Translations under genes and position numbers: made by a program | Shown: in pieces, positions 10,933-18,937 of the stretch | Position numbering within the stretch: position 1 is the stretch's first letter | Layout of the letters: each line of letters begins with the position of its first letter | Notes under the pieces: generated by a model | Told to the model about the DNA's origin: nothing | The model's input: only the letters and a program-made list of their open reading frames with translations | Databases searched by the model: none | Source of the DNA: Patescibacteria group bacterium | Lineage (GTDB): Bacteria > Patescibacteriota > Patescibacteriia > 2-01-FULL-39-33 | Reading direction: 5' to 3' | Length of the DNA: 32,000 nt | NCBI GenBank assembly: GCA_041662745.1 | Contig: JBAZRV010000004.1 | Coordinates: forward strand, 90,001-122,000

Positions 10933-11994
10933 CTACTTTCGGGTCGCCAACTGGGCCGCTTTGCGCGCCGCCGCCAACATCGGATTGTCTTCCAGACTGG
11001 ATCCGAATTGGCGATCGCGATGAGGCTTCTTGAAACCGGCTCGGCCCGCTTCGGTGAAGGACGCGTCAATAATCTGGCCGAGGCGGTAGATAAGGCCCCG
11101 GAGTCGGCGCTGAAGACGGCTTTTATTGATGGCATCCGGCGAATCATCGCTGATTTCGTCGGGGTCTTTGCCACCCAGCAGAGCCACAGCCGCCTGTCGT
11201 TTGAGGTTCTGGCCCTCGACGAAGATGGGCTCGCCGTCCGGCTTCTCCCAATAGTAGGGACCAACCAGAACTTGCCGTCCGGTCGGCTCACCGGTTTCGG
11301 GATTTACTTCCTCCTCCCGCCGGTAACCCACGCCACACTTCCACTGCTCGAGATTGATCCCGAGCCGGCCATCAGCGAAATGGATCACCGTGACCTTGAC
11401 GAAGCGCTGACCGAAACCCGACTCCAGCACGGTCGTGTGGGAGAATTCCCCACACTCTTTGTCCATCAAATTTTTGTTGATGGACGGCGTAAGCGGCATA
11501 AACCGCTTACCCAACGAACCGCGACTCATGCCACGGATCTTAGCGGTACCGATCAGGATCGGTTCCACCATTCCGGGCATATCCGCCGGCGCCACGATCT
11601 GCGTGGTGCTTCGTCCTCGACGAACCACAACCTCGCCATCGTTGATGCCATTGGCGATGGCGACTTTTCCGATGTCCAGAAACACCTTGTCCATCAAGGC
11701 GTTGCTGATCTCGACGGCGATAGGGACGATCGTCGTCGCTTCCTGGTTGACGGTACCGTCGTCATTGACGGTACTGCAAACCACTGGCAGTCCGCCCGCC
11801 TGGAACATCTCCAGACTGACATTGTCTTCACCATAGCCGGCTTCTTTCACCGTCAACGTCGCTTCCGACGTCTCCGGCGCTTCCGGCTCCTCGGCGACGG
11901 CAACGGCGCCACGTTCCTGCATGGCCGCCAACTCGGCCGCCATCGCTGCATCCGACGTACCATTGCCATTGCCACGACGACTCTTCTTGCTCAT
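10933..11994 (-). CDS. Hypothetical protein with Ala/Glu-rich N-terminus
   Basis: Start most likely at internal Met52 (MSKKSRRGNGNG) at 11994; composition looks GC-richer than neighbours; no domain recognised. Confidence 0.75.
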   Translation of the reverse strand: MSKKSRRGNGNGTSDAAMAAELAAMQERGAVAVAEEPEAPETSEATLTVKEAGYGEDNVSLEMFQAGGLPVVCSTVNDDGTVNQEATTIVPIAVEISNALMDKVFLDIGKVAIANGINDGEVVVRRGRSTTQIVAPADMPGMVEPILIGTAKIRGMSRGSLGKRFMPLTPSINKNLMDKECGEFSHTTVLESGFGQRFVKVTVIHFADGRLGINLEQWKCGVGYRREEEVNPETGEPTGRQVLVGPYYWEKPDGEPIFVEGQNLKRQAAVALLGGKDPDEISDDSPDAINKSRLQRRLRGLIYRLGQIIDASFTEAGRAGFKKPHRDRQFGSSLEDNPMLAAARKAAQLATRK

Positions 11995-12170
11995 GTTTGT
12001 CTCCTTGCCGCTAATCGCGGCTTTTATGGGGATTGTTAGGTGCTTGCCACGCCCACCAGGACGTAACAAATAATTATAGCACACTGATATTTTTTTGTCA
12101 ATAGACTTATCCACAGTAAAAGCGAAATATTTATGTTTTATAAACAAAAATATCTAAATTTAAACAAAAA

Positions 12171-12195
12171 AATAAATAGCTAAATGCTATTTATT
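12171..12195 (-). terminator. AT-rich intrinsic terminator (minus strand)
   Basis: Minus strand reads AATAAATAGC-ATTTA-GCTATTTATT-TTTTTG: perfect 10-bp stem plus T run. Confidence 0.6.
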
Positions 12196-12231
12196 CCTGA
12201 TTATTCAAGCTAAATTATCGCTCTGCGGCCA

Positions 12232-12402
12232 TTATCTGATGGAAACGGAAAACAATCCGGTTAAATACGATAAAATCGGGGTCAAAATGATAATGCCCAA
12301 ATTCCACAAAGGTTTAATAAAATTTTCCCATACGCCGATAACGGCCAGGGTATACAAAACCACCATTACCCAAAAAATTGTCTTTAAATAAGTATCGTCC
12401 AC
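12232..12402 (-). CDS. Small (56 aa) GTG-start membrane protein, not in the supplied ORF track
   Basis: Minus-strand translation VDDTYLKTIFWVMVVLYTLAVIGVWENFIKPLWNLGIIILTPILSYLTGLFSVSIR*; two hydrophobic stretches, with a terminator hairpin 3'. Confidence 0.5.
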   Translation of the reverse strand: MDDTYLKTIFWVMVVLYTLAVIGVWENFIKPLWNLGIIILTPILSYLTGLFSVSIR

Positions 12403-12497
12403 AGAATTAGCTTATGGCTTATAGAAAATGGCTTATAGTAAACCAATTTCAGATTCTACACCAAAAAACAGCAAATGTCAATGTCAAATGTCAATAT

Positions 12498-13547
12498 TTA
12501 GTTGCTGAACCGGAAATGACAGACATCGCCGTCCGCCATGACGTAATCCTTGCCTTCCAATCGGATCAAACCTTTTTCGCGCGCTCGCGCTTCTCCGCCT
12601 GCCGCCGCCAAATCCTGCCACTTGATCACTTCGGCGCGAATAAATCCTTTTTCAAAATCCGTATGGATGACTCCGGCCGCTTGCGGCGCTTTAGTGCCGC
12701 GCTTGATGGTCCAGGCCTTGGTTTCCATTTCACCGGAGGTAAAATAAGTAATCAAGTCCAAAGCGTTGTAAGCCTTGACGATCAGCCGATCAAGCCCGGA
12801 CGCCTCCAACTGCAATTCCTTTAAATACGCTTCGGCTTCTTCCGCCGGCAATTCAGCCAGCTCCGCTTCAATCTTGGCGGAGATGGTCAGGTAGTCGGTT
12901 TCCTGATAAACTTTATCCTCGTCAACATTCAAAACATAAATCATCGGCTTCATGGTCAGCAAACATAAGTCCTTAACTAATAATTTTTCTTCCTCGGCGC
13001 TGACAATCTCGCTGGCTAATTTTCCCGCTTCCAAGCCCGTCTTTAATTTCTCCAAAATCGGCTGGAGTTCCAGGGCTTCCTTTTTGCCGGCGCGCGCTTC
13101 TTTGTTGTTAGCGTCATATCTCTTTTCTATTGTCTGCATATCAGCCAAAACAAGTTCCAGATTAATCACCTCGCGATCCGACTGCGGATTGACTTGGCCG
13201 GCCACATGAATGACGTTCTCATCGGAAAACTGACGCACCACTTGGACGATGGCGTCCACTTCGCGGATATTGGCTAAAAATTTATTGCCCAGCCCTTCGC
13301 CCTTGCTGGCGCCCTTGACGATGCCGGCAATATCAATGAACTCAATCGCGGTCGGCACGATTTTCGCGGAATTGGAAACGCGCGCCAATTGTTCCAGACG
13401 CTCGTCCGGCACCGGCACTACACCGACATTAGGATCAATCGTGCAAAAAGGATAATTGGCTGCATCAACTTGTTTTTTGGTCAGGGCTTTAAATAACGTG
13501 GACTTGCCCACATTGGGCAGGCCGACGATGCCGATGGAGAAAGACAT
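12498..13547 (-). CDS. ychF: Redox-regulated ATPase / GTP-binding protein YchF
   Basis: [64 protein letters not shown]; TGS-like C-terminus. Confidence 0.97.
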   Translation of the reverse strand: MSFSIGIVGLPNVGKSTLFKALTKKQVDAANYPFCTIDPNVGVVPVPDERLEQLARVSNSAKIVPTAIEFIDIAGIVKGASKGEGLGNKFLANIREVDAIVQVVRQFSDENVIHVAGQVNPQSDREVINLELVLADMQTIEKRYDANNKEARAGKKEALELQPILEKLKTGLEAGKLASEIVSAEEEKLLVKDLCLLTMKPMIYVLNVDEDKVYQETDYLTISAKIEAELAELPAEEAEAYLKELQLEASGLDRLIVKAYNALDLITYFTSGEMETKAWTIKRGTKAPQAAGVIHTDFEKGFIRAEVIKWQDLAAAGGEARAREKGLIRLEGKDYVMADGDVCHFRFSN

Positions 13548-13703
13548 AATTTAAAAGGTTAAAAATCGTAAAAACAAGAATCTGTGAAATCATTAAGATT
13601 TAGTTGCTCGTGAATTTAAATAAACTGCATTTATTGCCTAAACTATAGCAAAGTAACCTGAAAAAATCAAGGATTGCCCTCGGCAAAACTATTAAATTAA
13701 AAG

Positions 13704-13727
13704 GGGGCAGTAATCGCTTACTGCCCC
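13704..13727 (-). terminator. Intrinsic terminator of the PspA-like operon
   Basis: ggggcagtaa-tcgc-ttactgcccc perfect 10-bp stem followed on the minus strand by CTTTTAATTT. Confidence 0.6.
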
Positions 13728-13763
13728 GCAAATAAAGTGCTTTTTTAATTCAGCTTGTTCAGT

Positions 13764-14492
13764 TCAGTTTGCCTTGGCCGCCTGAAATTCGGCCATCAGA
13801 CCGGCGTCAATATCCTGAGCGTCCAGCTGAGCTAGCGCCGCATCCACGTTGAAGCCGGAGGAGGCATCCAAATCGCGGTCGATGTCGCCATCCGATCGGA
13901 ATTCTGCTTGAGCCGCAACCAACTCACCCTGGAGTTCACCCAGGAATGCGGTATCAACCTTAGCGCCGCCCTGAGCCCGCGCCCGATCGCGCATCGCTAC
14001 CGCTTGCTTATGAGCTTCAATCGCCTTGAGCATAGCGGGTCCGTTTTGGCGGATCGTGTTCAATCCGGATAGGGCTTCATTGTAATTGGCCCGAGCGAGC
14101 TTGTAACTCTCCTCGAGAGTACCATAGGTTACCTTCTGACTCGCGATCGCGTCGTCAAGGGATTTGACCTCCTGCGATACCTGGCCGAGTTGCGCTGTCT
14201 TGTCCGGTTGATCAACCAGGCTGCCGCCCAAGCCGACGAGCTTGATCCGACGAACCTGCAGAGCTTCCAACGGCTCCAATTCTTTGGTTTCCGGATCGGC
14301 GATCGCGCGCATTTGGGCGCCGATCTGCCGCGCCAATATTCGCTTTTCCTGGACTTGCTTTTCCAGTTCCGCGATGATTTGCGTCAATTTTTCTTCCGGC
14401 GATAAGGCCGAGGCCAAAAGCCCCTGCAATCGACTGCCCATCGCCTTGAAAAACATGCCAATATTAACTTTCTTGTCCATCGCTTGCGACAT
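13764..14492 (-). CDS. PspA/IM30-like coiled-coil protein
   Basis: Predicted helical protein; ALSPEEKLTQIIAELEKQVQEKRILARQIGAQMRAI and LEESYKLARANYNEAL resemble PspA-type heptads. Likely start MSQAMDKK at 14492. Confidence 0.6.
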   Translation of the reverse strand: MSQAMDKKVNIGMFFKAMGSRLQGLLASALSPEEKLTQIIAELEKQVQEKRILARQIGAQMRAIADPETKELEPLEALQVRRIKLVGLGGSLVDQPDKTAQLGQVSQEVKSLDDAIASQKVTYGTLEESYKLARANYNEALSGLNTIRQNGPAMLKAIEAHKQAVAMRDRARAQGGAKVDTAFLGELQGELVAAQAEFRSDGDIDRDLDASSGFNVDAALAQLDAQDIDAGLMAEFQAAKAN

Positions 14493-14565
14493 TGATTTGT
14501 CTCCTCTTTTGTTGCGATTTCTGGTTTCTGATTTGAATAACGACTTACGGCTTACTAACAAAAAA

Positions 14566-15303
14566 TTAAAGCAAATCACTCACATCAACCGACGGTTCAA
14601 ACTTTTCTCCCAGAAACAGTCCGCCGGAACCTCTGGCCTCGCCCTTTCTGGCGTCCAAATAAATCAGCTGCCTGTCACCGCCCCGTTCGCGCGAAGTGAC
14701 AAAGTACAACCGATCGTCGTTTTCAATGGCATCGCATTCTCCGTCCACCTGAGCATCAAACGTACCGATATCAATGATTTCCCAAGTAACACCGGAAGTT
14801 AAACTCGACGGCAATTCGTATGGCACGGGTTCAGACTGGTCATTCTCCTTAAAGATCCGTGCCGGTCCCGGCTTACCCTCAACCCCTTTATAAAATTTCA
14901 TCAAGGACATTGATTCCAACTTCGTGGCCCTTAGCCAAATCGGTTTACCGCCTTCTTGGCTGGGTACCTTAAAAATCCAGATACCTCCCGCCAAAGCCAA
15001 TGCCTTGGAAACTGCCTCGGTTTTAGACCAAGGCGAATCCGGTGTCTTCTTAAACATCTCCCACAAAGTAACTGAGGCTTTGACTGCCCGTTCCGACTCT
15101 CCCAATAGAGTAATCGTTTGCTGGGCCAATGTCTGTTCCAACCGCTTATGCATAGGCGGTGGGGTATCAAGTGAAACCAGGTTACGAGGTTGTTTGGCCA
15201 CTTTATTTCCAACAACCAGCGCTTTTTTGTTTTTAATCAGACAACCAATACCTACGCCGGAAGCCAAGATAACAAAGAGCCCTAATAGTGACAAAAAATC
15301 CAT
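14566..15303 (-). CDS. Hypothetical membrane-anchored protein (possible DUF4178-like)
   Basis: N-terminal TM, then a beta-rich soluble domain (ENDDRLYFVTSRERGGDRQLIYLDARKGEARGSGGLFLGEKFEP). Confidence 0.6.
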   Translation of the reverse strand: MDFLSLLGLFVILASGVGIGCLIKNKKALVVGNKVAKQPRNLVSLDTPPPMHKRLEQTLAQQTITLLGESERAVKASVTLWEMFKKTPDSPWSKTEAVSKALALAGGIWIFKVPSQEGGKPIWLRATKLESMSLMKFYKGVEGKPGPARIFKENDQSEPVPYELPSSLTSGVTWEIIDIGTFDAQVDGECDAIENDDRLYFVTSRERGGDRQLIYLDARKGEARGSGGLFLGEKFEPSVDVSDLL

Positions 15304-15362
15304 GTCTTTTCTCCTTCTTCGTTTAGACTACCAATTGAATAAACAATGTTCATTCTTTTTGT

Positions 15363-17186
15363 TCACCAACCGCCACTGTCGCTGCTGGAACTGCTACTGC
15401 CCCAACCGCCACTGTCGCTGCTGGAACTGCTACTGCCCCAACCGCCACTGTCGCTGCTGGAACTGCTACCGCCCCAACCGCCACTGTCGCTGCTGGAACT
15501 GCTACTGCCCCAGTCGCTCCAACCGCTGCTGGAACTGCTACCGGAACTGTCGGAGTCAAAAGAAAACGATGATGTGCTCTGACTATCTTGGTAATCGTCG
15601 TAGGCTTTTTTAGCCTTCCGACCAGTGTCATCAGCTAACTGATATGCTTGATCGGCATTAAACACAGCCGATTCGTAACGCCTGTCGGAAGCGTCACGGC
15701 GAGCTTGGGCCAAATGGCTTTTAGCGGAATCAAAATCCGACTGAGCCGACGAAGAATGGCTGCCATAACTTTCAACACTATCTTCGTTGTCATCAATCAT
15801 TCGTTCAGCTCGGCGTTCTTGATTGGGCCAATCTAAACGATACGATTCTAAATCATCAACTCTCTTCGTGAACTGTAGCAAAAAACGATTGACCTGAGAC
15901 AAATCACGATCGCCATTGGTTATTTCCGAATCAGCCAATTTGTAATCTTGATCCTCGGTCGCAATTCTTTGGGCTTTAGCCAAGCGCTCCCTGACCCATG
16001 AAAGATCGTCGCTGGCCAATGTTACATTGTCAGCCACTGGCGACCAAACGGTTTTCGCATGAAGATCAAGTTTGGCGCGGAGCTGCCGCGCCTGATTAAG
16101 GCCGTTTTGAGCAGTCGCAATGTTAGAAGCCAAAATTGCAATATTATTCCTAACCTTCTCCGCCATTATTAGTTGCTGATCGGCCCCCCTAATCGCTTCG
16201 TTAGCCAACTCAGCCGCCTTAAGCGCGTTGCTGTAAACCAAGGGCAGATCATATTTGCCCCCTTCAATAATTGCTTGCGAAGCCTCGGTGGCAACGGCAA
16301 ACAACTGTTCCGCTTGACGCAAATCGGCGTAAGGTTGCTTGAGCGCCTTAGCTGCCAATAGCGGGCCTTTGCCGACCAAATTGTCAAGATAACTGTTGGC
16401 CGACGAAATGCTGTTTTGAGCCGACACCAACCTGTCTTTCGCGTTGGCTTGCGCTTCTTGATAGAAGTCAAGATTGCTTGCCACTTTGGAAACAAAGGAG
16501 TCAATGGAGTCGACGAGCAAAGAGGTGGCGGTTAGCAAGTCGCGCGCTTGATTGGGATCACCCAACTGGTCGGAACTCTCAACCGGCAACAAATCGGAAA
16601 TCTTTTTCAAATTGCCGGAAGCCTTATCAAGACTGATTTTTGCTTCCGACAACTCTTCAAGATTTTGGGCTGCATACTTGGACAAGTACTGACTGCCCTC
16701 GCTGGACAACCTTTCCTTGGCCGAACCGTAAGCCCGATTCTTCTCCTCCCATCCCAGCTGAAGCTGGCTCAATTCCTGACGATCATCCTCGGTTACTTTT
16801 TCTATAGCCGCCAATTGTTCATTGGCGTTTTCCAACGCTCTCTGCGAAGCCTTGATAAATTTTTCGGCTTCAATAGCCTGCGCCTTCTTTTGCTTGGACT
16901 TGCCGGCCGCATCCGCCTGCTTGATGTCTTCCTCAGCCTGACTGAGATTGATTCGCCCCAACTCAATTAAGTCGGAAATCGGGACTGAATATTCCGGTTT
17001 ATACCAACTGGAAACAGTGCCGAATTCAGATTGGAATTGCTCAATAGCCAATGATTGCTCAATCGCCTCCTGCCTAACTCCGGCCAAACACTTGTCGGCC
17101 AGACGCTTAGGCGCGGACATGACCAGCCATAGGCCGGACATCATAGCGATAATCAACAGAATAATCAGGACTTTTGACTTGTTCAT
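15363..17186 (-). CDS. Secreted/anchored long coiled-coil protein with C-terminal Ser/Gly/Asp/Trp repeat tail
   Basis: N-terminal hydrophobic signal/anchor, ~500 aa of helical heptads, tail (GWGSSSSSSDSG)n. Confidence 0.8.
   Translation of the reverse strand: MNKSKVLIILLIIAMMSGLWLVMSAPKRLADKCLAGVRQEAIEQSLAIEQFQSEFGTVSSWYKPEYSVPISDLIELGRINLSQAEEDIKQADAAGKSKQKKAQAIEAEKFIKASQRALENANEQLAAIEKVTEDDRQELSQLQLGWEEKNRAYGSAKERLSSEGSQYLSKYAAQNLEELSEAKISLDKASGNLKKISDLLPVESSDQLGDPNQARDLLTATSLLVDSIDSFVSKVASNLDFYQEAQANAKDRLVSAQNSISSANSYLDNLVGKGPLLAAKALKQPYADLRQAEQLFAVATEASQAIIEGGKYDLPLVYSNALKAAELANEAIRGADQQLIMAEKVRNNIAILASNIATAQNGLNQARQLRAKLDLHAKTVWSPVADNVTLASDDLSWVRERLAKAQRIATEDQDYKLADSEITNGDRDLSQVNRFLLQFTKRVDDLESYRLDWPNQERRAERMIDDNEDSVESYGSHSSSAQSDFDSAKSHLAQARRDASDRRYESAVFNADQAYQLADDTGRKAKKAYDDYQDSQSTSSFSFDSDSSGSSSSSGWSDWGSSSSSSDSGGWGGSSSSSDSGGWGSSSSSSDSGGWGSSSSSSDSGGW
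15369..15512. repeat. 4 tandem copies of a 36-bp coding repeat
   Basis: Unit accgccactgtcgctgctggaactgctactgcccca begins at 15369, 15405, 15441 and 15477; encodes a 12-aa SSSSSSDSGGWG-type unit on the minus strand. Confidence 0.9.
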
Positions 17187-17542
17187 GGTACTTGATTCTC
17201 CTTTTGTTGCCGGTTAATTAAGTTGCCTCAAATTGAGATACCCTGAAAGACATTATAAAAACTATTAAATTTTAAGGTTCCCAGCCTAAAGAAACCAAAA
17301 TTATAGCCACTTTAGAATTTTGCATTCTATCATATCCTTAATAATTTGTCAAATAAAAATACAACAAAAAGATGCGAGGGATTGAATAATTCAACCGCCT
17401 GGGGCATTTTAAGTCGAGACCAATCCGGCCGAAAACAGAAACAGATTTATGGTATTGTCATGAAGAGAGGGTAATCCGCGCTTTTTTGATTGAAAATATA
17501 ACTGCTTTTTGTTAAACTAAAGAAGTTAACCCAACACGGTTT

Positions 17543-18574
17543 ATGCGCATAATCTACGGCTTGGCCGGTCAAGGATTCGGCCACAGCGCCCGCTCGCGGG
17601 AAATTCTTAGGCACTTAGCCGCCGCCGGCCACGACATTAAAGTTTTTACCTATGGCCAAGGGGCGTTTTTTTTGCACCATGATTTTGACGTCTTTGAAAT
17701 CCCCGGATTAACCTTAAGCTATAAAAACAACCGAGTCAGGTACTTCAAAACGCTGCTGGATAACACCAAAAAGGTTTATGGCCAAACGCGGCAATGGAAC
17801 GGGATTAAGAAAGTTTTTAAAGACTTCGCGCCGGAACTGGTGATTACTGATTTTGAACCGCTAACGGCCTTACTGGCAAAAAAATTCCGCCTGCCCCTTG
17901 TTTCCATAGATAACCAGCATCAATTGACCAACACTGAAATAAAAATCAGCCAGAAACATCTCAAAGATCTGATGACCGACAAAGCGATTATCAGGCTGGT
18001 TATCTGGAGCGCCAAGTATTACCTGATAACTTCATTTTTTAAAACCAAGGTAAAGAAAAAAAATACTTTTCTGTTTGCGCCGATTATCCGGCAGGAAGTA
18101 TCGGATTTGCAACCGGTCAAAGGCGATTACTTTTTGGTTTACGAAGGCGCCGATATGGGCCGGCTGACTGAATTGTTCAAGAGATTGCCGTACCAGTTCG
18201 TTATTTTCGGGCCGCAACGCCAAGGCGAAGAAGGCAATATTATTTTTAAGCATTTTGACACGCATGAGTGGTTGATGTATCTGAACCGCTGCCGCGCCGT
18301 TATCGGCACCGCCGGTTTAAGTTTATTGGGCGAAGCCATCTACCTTAAAAAACCCTATCTGGCCCTGCCGATTAAACGCCAAATTGAACAGCTGGTCAAC
18401 GCGCAATATTTGCAACGGCTGGGCTACGGCCAATTCAGTTATGATTTAACCGGCGAAGAATTTGAGGATTTCGTCGCTCGGTTGCCTCAATATGAAGATA
18501 AATTGACTTTCGCCGATGCCTGTGGCAATGAAGAACTGTTCAAAAAGCTGGATGAGATCATTGCCGGCTTATAA
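17543..18574 (+). CDS. MJ1255/VC2487-like glycosyltransferase
   Basis: MRIIYGLAGQGFGHSARSREILRHL, FGPQRQG, GTAGLSLLGEAIYLKKPYLALPI. Confidence 0.85.
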   Translation: MRIIYGLAGQGFGHSARSREILRHLAAAGHDIKVFTYGQGAFFLHHDFDVFEIPGLTLSYKNNRVRYFKTLLDNTKKVYGQTRQWNGIKKVFKDFAPELVITDFEPLTALLAKKFRLPLVSIDNQHQLTNTEIKISQKHLKDLMTDKAIIRLVIWSAKYYLITSFFKTKVKKKNTFLFAPIIRQEVSDLQPVKGDYFLVYEGADMGRLTELFKRLPYQFVIFGPQRQGEEGNIIFKHFDTHEWLMYLNRCRAVIGTAGLSLLGEAIYLKKPYLALPIKRQIEQLVNAQYLQRLGYGQFSYDLTGEEFEDFVARLPQYEDKLTFADACGNEELFKKLDEIIAGL

Positions 18575-18623
18575 ACCGATCTTGATTTTTTCAAATGACT
18601 GTGATAAAATAGTGAAAGATTTC

Positions 18624-18794
18624 GGGTCGTTAGCTCAACCAGTAGAGCAGTTACCTCTTAAGCAAACGGGTTGCCGTCTGGGCAACGGGCAGAAGCGAGA
18701 CGAGCCGAAAGCGAAGTCGAGCGTTGATGAATGCGACCATAAGGAGCATTCAGTGCTACCCAGGAACGTCAGGTTCAAGAACCTGCGACATTAA
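18624..18794 (+). ncRNA. Chimeric tRNA-Lys(CTT)-like unit: tRNA 5' part fused to a structured body
   Basis: GGGTCGTTAGCTCAACCAGTAGAGCAGTTACCTCTTAAGCAAACGG matches 42/46 nt of the intact tRNA-Lys at 18812. It continues into GTTGCC-GTCTG-GGCAAC, GGGCAG...CTACCC, GAATGC...GCATTC and a T-arm-like CAGGTTCAAGAACCTG. Confidence 0.65.
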
Positions 18795-18811
18795 ATGAAA
18801 AGAAAGATTTC

Positions 18812-18884
18812 GGGTCGTTAGCTCAGCTGGTAGAGCAGTTGCCTCTTAAGCAAACGGTCGCAGGTTCAAATCCTGCACGACCCA
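18812..18884 (+). tRNA. tRNA-Lys (CTT)
   Basis: GGGTCGT TA GCTC AGCTGGTA GAGC A GTTGC CTCTTAA GCAAA CGGTC GCAGG TTCAAAT CCTGC ACGACCC A. Confidence 0.93.
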
Positions 18885-18893
18885 CTAATGACG

Positions 18894-18916
18894 GAGGCGC
18901 ACCAAAAGTGCGTCTC
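18894..18916 (+). other. Stem-loop between tRNA-Lys and the Arg-like unit
   Basis: GAGGCGCAC-CAAAA-GTGCGTCTC, 9-bp stem with one G.T pair; no following T run. Confidence 0.5.
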
Positions 18917-18937
18917 TAATCGTGTAAGCATCCGCAA

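Noticed and set aside
10912-12039. 375-aa plus-strand ORF antisense to the 10933-11994 gene.
   Set aside because: Arginine/histidine-rich composition typical of an antisense frame in GC-rich DNA; the minus frame has a sensible start and composition.
15369-15512. Tandem repeats considered as a possible CRISPR array.
   Set aside because: Units are contiguous with no unique spacers and are in frame with a coding sequence; no cas genes.
15350-15631. Plus- and minus-strand alternative ORFs in the repeat region (LLELLLPQPPLS repeats, AVPAATVAVGAV repeats).
   Set aside because: Alternative-frame readings of the 36-bp repeat that belongs to the 15363-17186 coding sequence.
18700-18770. Hammerhead-like fragments (GATGAA, CGAAAG) in the bodies, hinting at a self-cleaving ribozyme.
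   Set aside because: The CUGAUGA and GAAA core strands do not occur in the right order around three helices in any copy.
18516-18794. ORF 18516-18794 (+) and ORF 22182-22412 (-) share the peptide KAKSSVDECDHKEHSVLPRN / LKAKSSADECDHQEHSALPRN, suggesting a conserved small protein.
   Set aside because: Both ORFs run through the tRNA head and structured body of the chimeric units; the similarity is explained by the RNA-level homology. The Arg-like unit does not keep the reading frame.
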